Of a DNA stretch of 32,000 nucleotides, positions 8,295-16,334 are shown piece by piece. The translations under genes were made by a program, and so were the position numbers. Location: the NCBI RefSeq assembly GCF_016127575.1, contig NZ_CP066019.1, positions 2,580,001-2,612,000 on the forward strand. The letters are read 5' to 3'. How positions within the stretch are numbered: position 1 is the first letter of the stretch; each line of letters starts with the position of its first letter. The stretch comes from Cupriavidus necator (GTDB lineage Bacteria > Pseudomonadota > Gammaproteobacteria > Burkholderiales > Burkholderiaceae). The notes beneath the pieces are model-generated. The model was given only the letters and a program-made list of their open reading frames with translations, was not told where the DNA came from and did not search any database.

Positions 8295-11027
8295 ATGGCC
8301 AAGACCACGCGACCGACAGCGCCAAAGGATCCCGGCAAACGCCGCGCCGCGGCAAAAGGCGCCGGCAAGCCCACCGGCAAGCGCGCCAGCACGGCCCGCC
8401 CGGCGGCACGCGGCGCGCCAGCCGCCAAGGCCGCTCCCGCCGCGCTCGACAAATACCGTCGCATGCGCGACTTCGGCGCCACGCCTGAGCCCAGCGGCGC
8501 CGCGCGCACCCGCGGCAAGGTGCACAAGCGCGCCGGCGAGCTTTCCTTCGTGATCCAGAAGCACGCGGCGCGTCGGCTGCACTATGACTTTCGCCTCGAA
8601 CTCGGCGGCGCGCTGAAAAGCTGGGCCGTGCCCAAGGGGCCGAGCCTGGACCCGGCCGACAAGCGCATGGCCATCCATGTCGAGGACCATCCGCTGGACT
8701 ATGCCGGCTTCGAGGGCGTAATCCCCGCCGGCCACTATGGCGCCGGCACGGTCATCGTCTGGGACCGCGGCACCTGGTTGCCGGTAGGCGATGCCGAGGC
8801 CGGCTACCGCGCCGGCAAGCTGAAGTTCGAGCTGCGCGGTGAAAAGCTGCACGGTCACTGGACCCTGGTGCGCATGCACGGCAGCCGGCAGAAGGAGCAG
8901 GACGCCTGGCTGCTGATCAAGGAGCGCGACGAGACCGCCGTGCCGGCATCGGAGTTCGATGTGGTCGAGGCCTTGCCGGACAGCGTGCTGGGCGGCACGC
9001 AGCGCAAACCCGCGGCAAAGCGCGCGAAGTCCGCGCAGCCGCCTGACGAAGCCGCACCAGATGCACACGGCACGGCGAAATCCCTGAAGCCGCCGCGCGG
9101 CGCGCCGCGCGCGGCCTTGCCGCTGGCGCTGGCGCCGCAGCTGGCCACGCTGGTGGAGCAGCCTCCGTCCGACGCGCAGGCGTGGCGCTACGAGATCAAG
9201 TTCGACGGCTACCGGCTGCTGGCCCGCATCGACGGCAAGGATGTGCGCCTGTTCACGCGCCAGGGCAACGACTGGACCAGCAAGCTGCGTGCGCTGGCGC
9301 GCGACGTCGGCACCCTGGGCCTGCCCGATGGCTGGCTCGATGGCGAGATCGTGGTGCTCGGCAAGCATGGCGCGACCGACTTCCAGGCGCTGCAGAATGC
9401 CTTCGATACCGCGCGCGTCGAGGGCATCCAGTATTTCGTGTTCGACCTGCCCTACTTTGCCGGCCATGACCTGCGCAAGGTACCGCTGGTGGAGCGGCGC
9501 GCCCTGCTGCGCCGGATCTTCGCGCACAACACCTCGCCGCGCCTGCAGTTCAGCGAGGACTTCGAGGCCGGCCCTGCCGACATGCTCGAGGCAGCCTGCC
9601 GCATGAAGCTTGAAGGCGTGATCGGCAAGCGCGCCGACGCCGCCTATGTCAGCGCGCGCACCAGTACGTGGATCAAGCTGAAATGCACCTTGCGCCAGGA
9701 GTTCGTGGTGGCGGGCTTCACCGACCCGAAGGGCAGCCGCGCCGGCATCGGCTCGTTGCTGCTTGGCGTGCACGACAGCGGCGGGCGGCTGCGCTACGCG
9801 GGCAATGTCGGCACCGGCTTCGACGCGCGCACGCTGGGCGCGCTGCGCACGCAGCTGGACGCGTTGCGCGCCGATTCCGCGCCCTTTGAGAACGTGCCTG
9901 CAGGCGTAAAGGGGCACTGGGTGCGGCCAAAGCTGGTGGCCGAGGTCTCGTTCGGCAGCTGGACCCGCGAAGGCCGCGTGCGCCATGCCGTGTTCCACGG
10001 CCTGCGCACCGACAAGCCCGCGCGCGCGGTGTCGGTGGAGCGGCCGGCAACGCCGGCGGCCAACGGCAAGCCCGCGGCAACCACGGCAAAGCATGCCGGC
10101 ACACGGCCGAAGGCGGCGGCAAAGCGCACCACCGCCGCCGGCGGCAAGGTCGCGATCAGCCATGCCGAGCGCGTCATCGACACAGCATCCGGCCTGACCA
10201 AGGGCGACCTGGTGCGCTACTACGAACGCGCCGCGCCGCTGATCCTGCCGCACCTGCGCGGGCGACCGATCGCGATGGTGCGCGCGCCATCGGGCGTGGG
10301 CGGCGAGCAGTTCTTCCAGCGGCATAGCGACACGCTGCGGGTGGACGGCCTCAACGTGCTCGATCCGGGCCTGTGGCCTGGGCATCCCGCGCTGCTGGAA
10401 ATCGCGTCGGCCGAAGCCCTGGTGGCCGCGGCACAGCTCAATGTGGTGGAGTTCCACACCTGGAACGCCGGCAAGCGCAGCATCGAGCGCCCCAACCGCA
10501 TCGTCTTCGACCTGGACCCGGGCGAAGGCGTGCCCTGGCCACAAATGCAGGAAGCCGCCGCGCTGATGAAGGCGCTGCTCGATGAACTCGGCCTCGCCAG
10601 CTTCCTGAAGACCAGTGGCGGCAAGGGGCTGCACGTGGTGGTGCCGATCACGCCGCGTGCCGGGTGGGACGAGGTGAAGGCGTTCGCGCATGACGCGGTG
10701 CGCCATGTCGCCGCCACCGTGCCGCAGCGCTTCGTGGCCAAGAGCGGTCCAAGCAACCGCGTTGGCAAGATTTTCATCGATTACCTGCGCAATGGCATAG
10801 GCGCCACCACGGTGGCGGCATTCTCGGCGCGGGCACGCCCGGGGCTGGGGGTATCGATGCCGGTGTGGTGGGAGGAACTCGATAGCCTGCAAGGCGCGGC
10901 GCAGTGGACCGTGGCCAATGCCGGCCCGAGGCTCGACGCCGTGGCGGCCGACGACCCATGGGCGGACTACGCCGAAACCCGGCAGGCGATCACGCGCGCC
11001 GCGGCGCGACTGGCACGCGCCCGATAG
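8295..11027 (+). CDS. ligD: multidomain ATP-dependent DNA ligase D (phosphoesterase - ligase - polymerase/primase)
   Basis: The N-terminal 3'-phosphoesterase block is FVIQKHAARRLHYDFRLELGGALKSWAVPKGPS. The ligase adenylation motif I is YEIKFDGYRLL. The C-terminal LigD polymerase block reads VEFHTWN...FDLDPGEG...LKTSGGKGLHVVVP. Confidence 0.95.
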   Translation: MAKTTRPTAPKDPGKRRAAAKGAGKPTGKRASTARPAARGAPAAKAAPAALDKYRRMRDFGATPEPSGAARTRGKVHKRAGELSFVIQKHAARRLHYDFRLELGGALKSWAVPKGPSLDPADKRMAIHVEDHPLDYAGFEGVIPAGHYGAGTVIVWDRGTWLPVGDAEAGYRAGKLKFELRGEKLHGHWTLVRMHGSRQKEQDAWLLIKERDETAVPASEFDVVEALPDSVLGGTQRKPAAKRAKSAQPPDEAAPDAHGTAKSLKPPRGAPRAALPLALAPQLATLVEQPPSDAQAWRYEIKFDGYRLLARIDGKDVRLFTRQGNDWTSKLRALARDVGTLGLPDGWLDGEIVVLGKHGATDFQALQNAFDTARVEGIQYFVFDLPYFAGHDLRKVPLVERRALLRRIFAHNTSPRLQFSEDFEAGPADMLEAACRMKLEGVIGKRADAAYVSARTSTWIKLKCTLRQEFVVAGFTDPKGSRAGIGSLLLGVHDSGGRLRYAGNVGTGFDARTLGALRTQLDALRADSAPFENVPAGVKGHWVRPKLVAEVSFGSWTREGRVRHAVFHGLRTDKPARAVSVERPATPAANGKPAATTAKHAGTRPKAAAKRTTAAGGKVAISHAERVIDTASGLTKGDLVRYYERAAPLILPHLRGRPIAMVRAPSGVGGEQFFQRHSDTLRVDGLNVLDPGLWPGHPALLEIASAEALVAAAQLNVVEFHTWNAGKRSIERPNRIVFDLDPGEGVPWPQMQEAAALMKALLDELGLASFLKTSGGKGLHVVVPITPRAGWDEVKAFAHDAVRHVAATVPQRFVAKSGPSNRVGKIFIDYLRNGIGATTVAAFSARARPGLGVSMPVWWEELDSLQGAAQWTVANAGPRLDAVAADDPWADYAETRQAITRAAARLARAR

Positions 11028-11065
11028 CCCCCCGTTCCCGCCGGAGATCCACAGCAGTCGCCAAG

Positions 11066-11081
11066 CGGCACATTTCTTGCC
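11066..11081 (+). promoter_or_regulatory. sigma54 (RpoN) -24/-12 promoter motif downstream of ligD
   Basis: CGGCACAtttcTTGCC has exact GG-N10-GC spacing. It lies 39 nt after the ligD stop and about 88 nt before the ATG at 11169. Confidence 0.5.
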
Positions 11082-11168
11082 GCATCCCGGTCATGGCACA
11101 CGGCCCGGCACCCCCGCCGCGTGCGCCACGTTGCACTGCTGCCAGTGCAGCGACGACATGGAGACGTG

Positions 11169-11564
11169 ATGATGAGCCAACTCAGGATCGCCGCGAAGAT
11201 TCGAGCCACCGCTGCCGCGCCACGCAACCGCCGCGCCTTGCGCCACCTGCTGGTTTCCTGCGCGATGCTGTCCTTCGCCGCCAGCCCGGTGCAGGCACGC
11301 CTGCCGGCACCGACGCCCGAGCAGCAGCTGGCCGCCGAAGCCAAGAAGTCCAAGGAAGCCGAAGCGGCCAAACAGCAGGCCGAGGCATTAAGCCGGGTCC
11401 AGGACCGGATCGCTGCGCGCTTTGGCAAGGGCGCCACCGGCGGCGGCACTACCGAGCCCGGCAAGATCCCGCAGAAAGCTGCCGAAGCGGCCGGCTCAGC
11501 CGGACCGCACGGCGGCACCTCCCCCAGCGCCGAAGCGCATGGCGGCGAGGCGGCCCGCCGCTGA
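11169..11564 (+). CDS. small secreted or periplasmic hypothetical protein (131 aa) with an Arg-rich signal peptide and a charged low-complexity mature part
   Basis: ORF 11121..11564. Start preferred at ATG 11169 (MMSQLRIAAK...) after GGAGA. The signal-like segment RNRRALRHLLVSCAMLSFAASPVQA is followed by the helical Lys/Glu/Ala-rich EQQLAAEAKKSKEAEAAKQQAEAL. No domain is recognised. Confidence 0.55.
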   Translation: MMSQLRIAAKIRATAAAPRNRRALRHLLVSCAMLSFAASPVQARLPAPTPEQQLAAEAKKSKEAEAAKQQAEALSRVQDRIAARFGKGATGGGTTEPGKIPQKAAEAAGSAGPHGGTSPSAEAHGGEAARR

Positions 11565-11867
11565 AGCGGGCCACGCATGCCACGCCGTTGCCGCGCTGCG
11601 TGCCGGGCGACGCCTGCCCGGCACGCCTCTTGCCACTCTGCCAGCGCAACAGCCTGGCAAAGCCGCAGGCGTGCTGATGCATAAGGGGAATGGCGATGGA
11701 CGACTTCTGTGCGCATGTAATACCTACAACCGGCGGCCGCGCCAGCGCGGCAAAGCTTGCAAGCGGGGCAGCGCGGCCGGCGCGGTTTTACACGGCGCCG
11801 CCGCGGACCATCCCGGGCCCTGAGCAAACCTCCGCGCGGGCGCGCAAGCGCCTGTCAGCGTGATGCC

Positions 11868-13877
11868 ATGACGCCGCATGCCGCCAACCCGGCCCCGCTG
11901 ATCCTGAATGTCGATGACCGCGAGGGGCCGCGCTACGTCAAGAGTCGCATCCTCCATCGCGGCGAGTATTCCGTGATCGAGGCCGCCACCGGCCATTCGG
12001 CGCTGTCGCTGGTGCGACAGCATGCGCCGGTGCTGGTGCTGCTGGCCGCACGCCTGCCCGATATCAGCGGGCTGGAAGTCTGCCGGCTGCTCAAGGCCGA
12101 TCCACAGACCGCGCACACGCTGGTGCTGCTGACCTCGCCAGGGCTGGCGCAATCGCGCCAGCGCGTAGAGGCGCTGAACTGCGGCGCCGACGGCTACCTG
12201 GTCGAGCCTGCCGAGCCGGAAGAGGTGTTGTCGAGCATCCAGGCGCTGCTGCGGCTGCGCGGGGCAGAGGACGCCTATCACCGCACCTCGCGGGCACTGC
12301 ATGAGCATGAAGACATGTTCCGCCAGGTGGCCGAATCGCTGGCCGACGTGGTGTGGATCCTCGACCCGGCCGAGCCCCGCCTGCTGTTCGCCAGCCCCTC
12401 GCTCGCCACGTTGTGCGGCCATAAGCCCGAGCAGCTGACGCAAGAGCCGCGCCGCTGCCTGGAGCGCGTGGCGCCGGCCGACCGTGCGCGCGTGGAAGCG
12501 GCGTTCGCCAGCATGCTGGGCGACGGCAGGCTGGACATCGAGTTCCGCCTTGCGCGCCCGGACGGCGAGCTGCGCGATATCCGCGCGCGCGCGTTCCCGG
12601 TACGCGGCGCGGAAGGCCAGCCGGGCGACGACCGCACGCCGCCGTTGCGCATTGCCGGCACCTGCCAGGACGTGACGCTGCAAAACCGTGCCGGCCGCGC
12701 GCTGCATGACGAGGAACGGCGCAAGGACCAGTTCCTGGCGATGCTGGCGCATGAACTGCGCAATCCGCTGGCGCCGCTGCGCAGCGCCGCGGACCTGTTG
12801 CAGCAGCTCTCGCCCTCGCGCGAGGACATGTTCCGCGCGCGCGACATCATCGGCCGGCAGCTGCACCACCTGACCCGGCTGGTGGACGAGCTGCTCGACA
12901 TCTCGCGCTTCAACCAGGGCCGCATCACGCTGCGCGAGGACCTGGTGGAACTGCGCACCGCGCTCAATACCGCGGTGGAAGCCGTGCGCCCCACGATGGA
13001 CGCCTGCGGCCATACGCTGCGCCTGTCGCTGCCCGAGCAGCCCCTGCCGGTACGTGGCGACCTGGTGCGCCTGGCGCAGATCTTCAGCAACCTGCTGCAG
13101 AACGCCGCGGCCTACACGCCCGCCGGCGGCCAGATCGTCGTCGATGCCAGTCTCGAGGACGGCGCGGCGAACACCGCGCCCGATGCCGCGTCCGGCGCCC
13201 GCGTCACCGTGCGCGTGCGCGACAACGGCGCCGGCCTGTCCGAGGCACTGCAGCGGCAGCTGTTCGATCCGCTGGCCGCGCGCGACGACGGCACCCAGCC
13301 CGAACCGCCGCGCAGCGCGATCCAGCAGGACGGTCCCGGCATCGGCCTGACGCTGGTGCAAAAGCTGGTGCGGCTACATGGCGGCACCATCCGCGCCGAC
13401 AGCCCCGGCCCCGGACAGGGCAGCACCTTCACCGTGACGCTGCCGGTAGAGCCGTGGCAGAAGTGGCACCCAGGCTCCGGCCGCACCGCGCCGCACCGCG
13501 GCGTGCCGCGCCGGATCATGGTGGTGGACGATAACCCTGACGCGCTCGAGGCCATGATGATGACGCTGCAGACACTTGGCCATACGGTGGTGACCGCCGC
13601 CGACGGCCCCAGCGCGCTGGCGCGCGCCACCGATGCCCGGCCGGAGGTGGTGCTGCTGGACCTGGGCATGCCCGCCATGGACGGCTTCGAGACCGCGCGC
13701 CGCCTGCGCGCGCTGCCCGAGATGCGCGGCGCCACGCTGGTGGCGCTGACCGGCTTCGGCCAGCCCGAGGACCGCCGCCGCGCGCTGGAAGCCGGCTTCG
13801 ACCAGCACCTGGTCAAGCCGGCCGACCTGGACGCGCTGACACGGCTGCTGGATGCACTCAGCGCGGACCATTCCTAG
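11868..13877 (+). CDS. hybrid histidine kinase: N-terminal pseudo-receiver + PAS + HisKA + HATPase + C-terminal receiver
   Basis: Start at ATG 11868 (MTPHAANPAPLILNVDDREG). The H-box is [16 protein letters not shown]-boxes are RDNGAGL and GPGIGLTLV. The C-terminal receiver is RIMVVDDNPDA...VLLDLGMPAMDG. The N-terminal receiver-like fold has Ala where the acceptor Asp should be (VLVLLAARLPDISG). Confidence 0.9.
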   Translation: MTPHAANPAPLILNVDDREGPRYVKSRILHRGEYSVIEAATGHSALSLVRQHAPVLVLLAARLPDISGLEVCRLLKADPQTAHTLVLLTSPGLAQSRQRVEALNCGADGYLVEPAEPEEVLSSIQALLRLRGAEDAYHRTSRALHEHEDMFRQVAESLADVVWILDPAEPRLLFASPSLATLCGHKPEQLTQEPRRCLERVAPADRARVEAAFASMLGDGRLDIEFRLARPDGELRDIRARAFPVRGAEGQPGDDRTPPLRIAGTCQDVTLQNRAGRALHDEERRKDQFLAMLAHELRNPLAPLRSAADLLQQLSPSREDMFRARDIIGRQLHHLTRLVDELLDISRFNQGRITLREDLVELRTALNTAVEAVRPTMDACGHTLRLSLPEQPLPVRGDLVRLAQIFSNLLQNAAAYTPAGGQIVVDASLEDGAANTAPDAASGARVTVRVRDNGAGLSEALQRQLFDPLAARDDGTQPEPPRSAIQQDGPGIGLTLVQKLVRLHGGTIRADSPGPGQGSTFTVTLPVEPWQKWHPGSGRTAPHRGVPRRIMVVDDNPDALEAMMMTLQTLGHTVVTAADGPSALARATDARPEVVLLDLGMPAMDGFETARRLRALPEMRGATLVALTGFGQPEDRRRALEAGFDQHLVKPADLDALTRLLDALSADHS

Positions 13878-14091
13878 CGCGATGCCGATGCCAGCCGCCG
13901 CTCCCATCCACCCTTGAACAAGGAAGCTCCGTGCATACCACGCCCGATCCCGACATCCCGCCGCGCAAGCCTGAAACCCCGCCGCCGGAACCTCCGCCGG
14001 GCCCGCCCGAACCAGTGGCAGACCCGCCTCCGGGCGATCTGCCGCCACCGCCGCCGCAACGTGCCCGTGCGGCTGGCAAAGGAGCCCTCAC

Positions 14092-15111
14092 GTGTCACGC
14101 ATCATCTGGAAAGGCGCCATAACCTTTGGCCTGGTCAATATCCCGGTAGTATTGCGGCCCGCGTCGCGCAGCCAGACGCTGGACCTTGACCTGCTGGACG
14201 TGCGCGACATGGCGCCGGTGGGCTACCAGCGCATCAACAAGAGCACCGGCAAGCCGGTCGACAAGGAGTATATCGTCAAGGGCTACCAGTACGCCAAGGA
14301 CGAATACGTGCTGCTGAACGAGGAAGACTTCCGCCAGGCCAATGTCGAGGCCACGCAGACGGTGGATATCGTCAGCTTTGTTGACGCGCAGAGCATCCCG
14401 CCGTACTACTTCGACACGCCCTACTACCTCGAGCCCGACAAGCGCGGCGAGCGCGGCTACGCGCTGCTGCACGAAACCATGCGCCGCACCGGGCGTGCCG
14501 CGCTGGCGCTGGTGGTGCTGCGCGCCCGCCAGCACCTGGCCGCGATGCTGGTGCACGGCGACGCGCTGGTGCTCAACACCATGCGCTTTGCCGACGAGGT
14601 GCTGCCCATCTCCGAACTGCGCCTGCCCAAGGCGACCACCGGCAAACCCACCGGCGCGCATGCGCGCGAGATCGAGATGGCCACCAAGCTGGTCGAAGAC
14701 ATGAGCGAAGACTGGGAGCCGGAACAGTACCGCGACAGCTATCGTGACGACCTGATGGCGCGCATCGAAGAAAAGATCGACTCCGGCAAGACCCACCAGC
14801 TGACCCCGCCTGCGGAAGAGGAAGAAGCGCCGCGCCAGGGCGCCAAGGTCATCGACATGGTGGCGCTGCTGCGCCAGAGCCTGGGCCAGCGCGGCAAGGA
14901 AGACAAGGAGGACGCCACGCCCGCGCGCCGCAAGGCCCCTGCGCGGCATGCCGCCGCCAGGAAGCAGCCCGCTGCCAAGCGGGCTGCGACCCCGCCTGCC
15001 AAGCGCGCCAGCACCGCCGCCAAGACCAAGCGTGCACCGGCCAAGCGCGAGTCGCACGCGCCGGCCGCGCGCAAGAGTTCAAGCACTACGCGCAGGAAGC
15101 ACGCGGCTTAG
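14092..15111 (+). CDS. ku: Ku DNA end-binding protein (NHEJ) with a long Lys/Arg/Ala-rich C-terminal tail
   Basis: Starts at a GTG preceded by AAGGAG. The N-terminus MSRIIWKGAITFGLVNIPVVL and PYYFDTPYYLEPDKRGERGYALL form the bacterial Ku core. The last roughly 80 residues are basic low complexity (ARRKAPARHAAARKQPAAKRAATPPAKRASTAAKTKRAPAKR). Confidence 0.95.
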   Translation: MSRIIWKGAITFGLVNIPVVLRPASRSQTLDLDLLDVRDMAPVGYQRINKSTGKPVDKEYIVKGYQYAKDEYVLLNEEDFRQANVEATQTVDIVSFVDAQSIPPYYFDTPYYLEPDKRGERGYALLHETMRRTGRAALALVVLRARQHLAAMLVHGDALVLNTMRFADEVLPISELRLPKATTGKPTGAHAREIEMATKLVEDMSEDWEPEQYRDSYRDDLMARIEEKIDSGKTHQLTPPAEEEEAPRQGAKVIDMVALLRQSLGQRGKEDKEDATPARRKAPARHAAARKQPAAKRAATPPAKRASTAAKTKRAPAKRESHAPAARKSSSTTRRKHAA

Positions 15112-15138
15112 GCAGGGGGGCCAAATTCCGATTGCGTT

Positions 15139-15166
15139 CTCCCTCTCCCGCGCGCGGGAGAGGGAG
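15139..15166. terminator. GC-rich perfect hairpin between convergent ku and the BON gene
   Basis: CTCCCTCTCCC-gcgcgc-GGGAGAGGGAG forms an 11-bp stem (extendable through the GC core). It sits between the ku stop (15111) and the BON-gene stop (15194). There is no clear U-tract on either strand. Confidence 0.5.
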
Positions 15167-15193
15167 CAAACCCTCAGCATCGGACAAACCCGC

Positions 15194-15634
15194 TTACCGC
15201 GATGACACCTTCAGGTTGTCATTGACCGACGTCACGCCCTCGACGCTGCGGATCGCGTCGAGCGCCAGGTCGTGCTGCTGCTGGCTCGGCACCGTGCCGC
15301 TCACGTCGACCGTGCCCTGCCTGGTTTTCACACGGATGCCGGTGGACTTGAGGTCCTTGGTCGTGAGCAGCTTGGTCTTGATCCTGGTGGTGATGGCACC
15401 GTCCTCGACGGCCCGCTTGGCCTTGTCGGCGCTCATGTCCGGGGCGGCGCCCCGGTCAGGGTCGGCACGGCCGGGCATGCCCGGCGCGGAATTGACGGGT
15501 GCCACAGGGGTATCGTCGGCCGCAACCAGGATCAGGCCGCTCTTGTCGAGCGCCAGCGCGCTACCGGCTACCGCCAGCGCGGCAGCAACACAGGCCATCC
15601 GCACGGTGCGCGCGGGAATTCGGGAAAAACGCAT
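15194..15634 (-). CDS. periplasmic BON-domain (OsmY-like) protein
   Basis: Start at ATG 15634 after a perfect AAGGAGG. The signal peptide is MRFSRIPARTVRMACVAAALAVAGSALA. The C-terminal BON pattern is ITTRIKTKLLTTKDLKSTGIRVKTRQGTVDVSGTVPSQQQHDLALDAIRSVEGVTSVNDNLKV. Confidence 0.85.
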   Translation of the reverse strand: MRFSRIPARTVRMACVAAALAVAGSALALDKSGLILVAADDTPVAPVNSAPGMPGRADPDRGAAPDMSADKAKRAVEDGAITTRIKTKLLTTKDLKSTGIRVKTRQGTVDVSGTVPSQQQHDLALDAIRSVEGVTSVNDNLKVSSR

Positions 15635-15870
15635 GGCTGCCTCCTTTTTCGGGTCACCAGCGCATCCGTTGCCGGACTTGCCTGGCACGCGGAACCACTG
15701 GTAAGGCATATTTCAGCAAGCTCCATACCTGCCGGGCAGGCCGCACCAGGCGTCCGCGGCGGGGCCCACGGCGTGTAAATCGGGCCACCCGTTGTAAAAG
15801 CGCCCGCCGCGTGATGTGCTGCATCCCCCGTTACAGGCCGTTGCTGGCGGCACCCCGGTCCTTCCATCCT

Positions 15871-15886
15871 TGGCATGGCGATTGCG
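15871..15886 (+). promoter_or_regulatory. sigma54 (RpoN) -24/-12 promoter motif upstream of the Gln/Gly-rich protein gene
   Basis: TGGCATGgcgaTTGCG has exact GG-N10-GC spacing. The predicted start near 15897 is about 31 nt before ATG 15928, which has its own AAGGAG. Confidence 0.6.
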
Positions 15887-15927
15887 AAACAGGGGATGCG
15901 GCAGTTCGCCGCGTCAAGGAGCTAGCA

Positions 15928-16203
15928 ATGGGACAGCAGCAACAGCCGGGTCAATCGCAGTCGGGCCAGAAGCCGCAGGAACAGAAGCAGCAGGAACAAT
16001 CTGGCCAACGCGGCAGCCAGCAGCAGCCGGGACAACAACAAGGCGGCGGTCAGATGGGTAACCAGGACCGCAAGCAGGACCAACAGCAGCAGCAGGATCG
16101 CGGCAGCTCGCAACCGGGCCAGCAAAGTGGCCAACGCAGCGGCCAGCAAAGCGGCCAGGGCGGGCAACAGGGTGGGCAACAAGGCGGACAACGCCAGCCG
16201 TAA
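15928..16203 (+). CDS. small Gln/Gly/Ser-rich intrinsically disordered protein (91 aa)
   Basis: The protein reads MGQQQQPGQSQSGQKPQEQKQQEQSGQRGSQQQPGQQQGGGQMGNQDRKQDQQQQQDRGSSQPGQQSGQRSGQQSGQGGQQGGQQGGQRQP. A strong Shine-Dalgarno AAGGAG lies 7 nt upstream, and two hairpins plus a T-run follow the gene. The ORF-track entry 15499..16203 is a long non-coding 5' extension of the same frame. Confidence 0.65.
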   Translation: MGQQQQPGQSQSGQKPQEQKQQEQSGQRGSQQQPGQQQGGGQMGNQDRKQDQQQQQDRGSSQPGQQSGQRSGQQSGQGGQQGGQQGGQRQP

Positions 16204-16297
16204 GTAAGCCGCGCCAGCCACGATAACAGGCAGCTTTCCGGGTATGTGCGGCCGCAACATGCGGTGCGGCCGCAGGGGCATACGCCGGAGATTGACA

Positions 16298-16334
16298 GGC
16301 CGGGACTCCCGCAAGGGGGCTCCGGCCCTTTTTG
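16298..16334 (+). terminator. rho-independent terminator after the Gln/Gly-rich gene
   Basis: GGCCGGGACTCCC-gcaa-GGGGGCTCCGGCC is an imperfect GC-rich stem, followed by CTTTTTG. Confidence 0.6.

Noticed and set aside
8259-10892. An 877-aa minus-strand ORF opposite ligD. Similar very long antisense ORFs lie at 25159-27867(-) opposite fliF/fliG, 30203-31780(-) opposite fliK, 18519-20075(-) opposite fliC, 11724-13361(-) opposite the hybrid kinase and 3772-5034(-) opposite the activator.
   Set aside because: In DNA this GC-rich, stop codons are rare in non-coding frames. These translations are Arg/Ala/Gly/His-rich with no recognisable motifs. The opposite strand encodes unmistakable conserved proteins across the same coordinates.
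13931-14122. A 63-aa Pro-rich ORF (MHTTPDPDIPPRKPETPPPEPPPGPPEPVADPPPGDLPPPPPQ...) in the kinase-ku gap, with an AGGAAG upstream of its GTG.
   Set aside because: Third-position GC is only about 60 percent by my count, clearly below neighbouring genes. It is pure low complexity, and it overlaps the ku ribosome-binding site and start by 31 nt in another frame. It could be a real small protein, but I cannot support it. Ribosome profiling or conservation of the frame would be needed.
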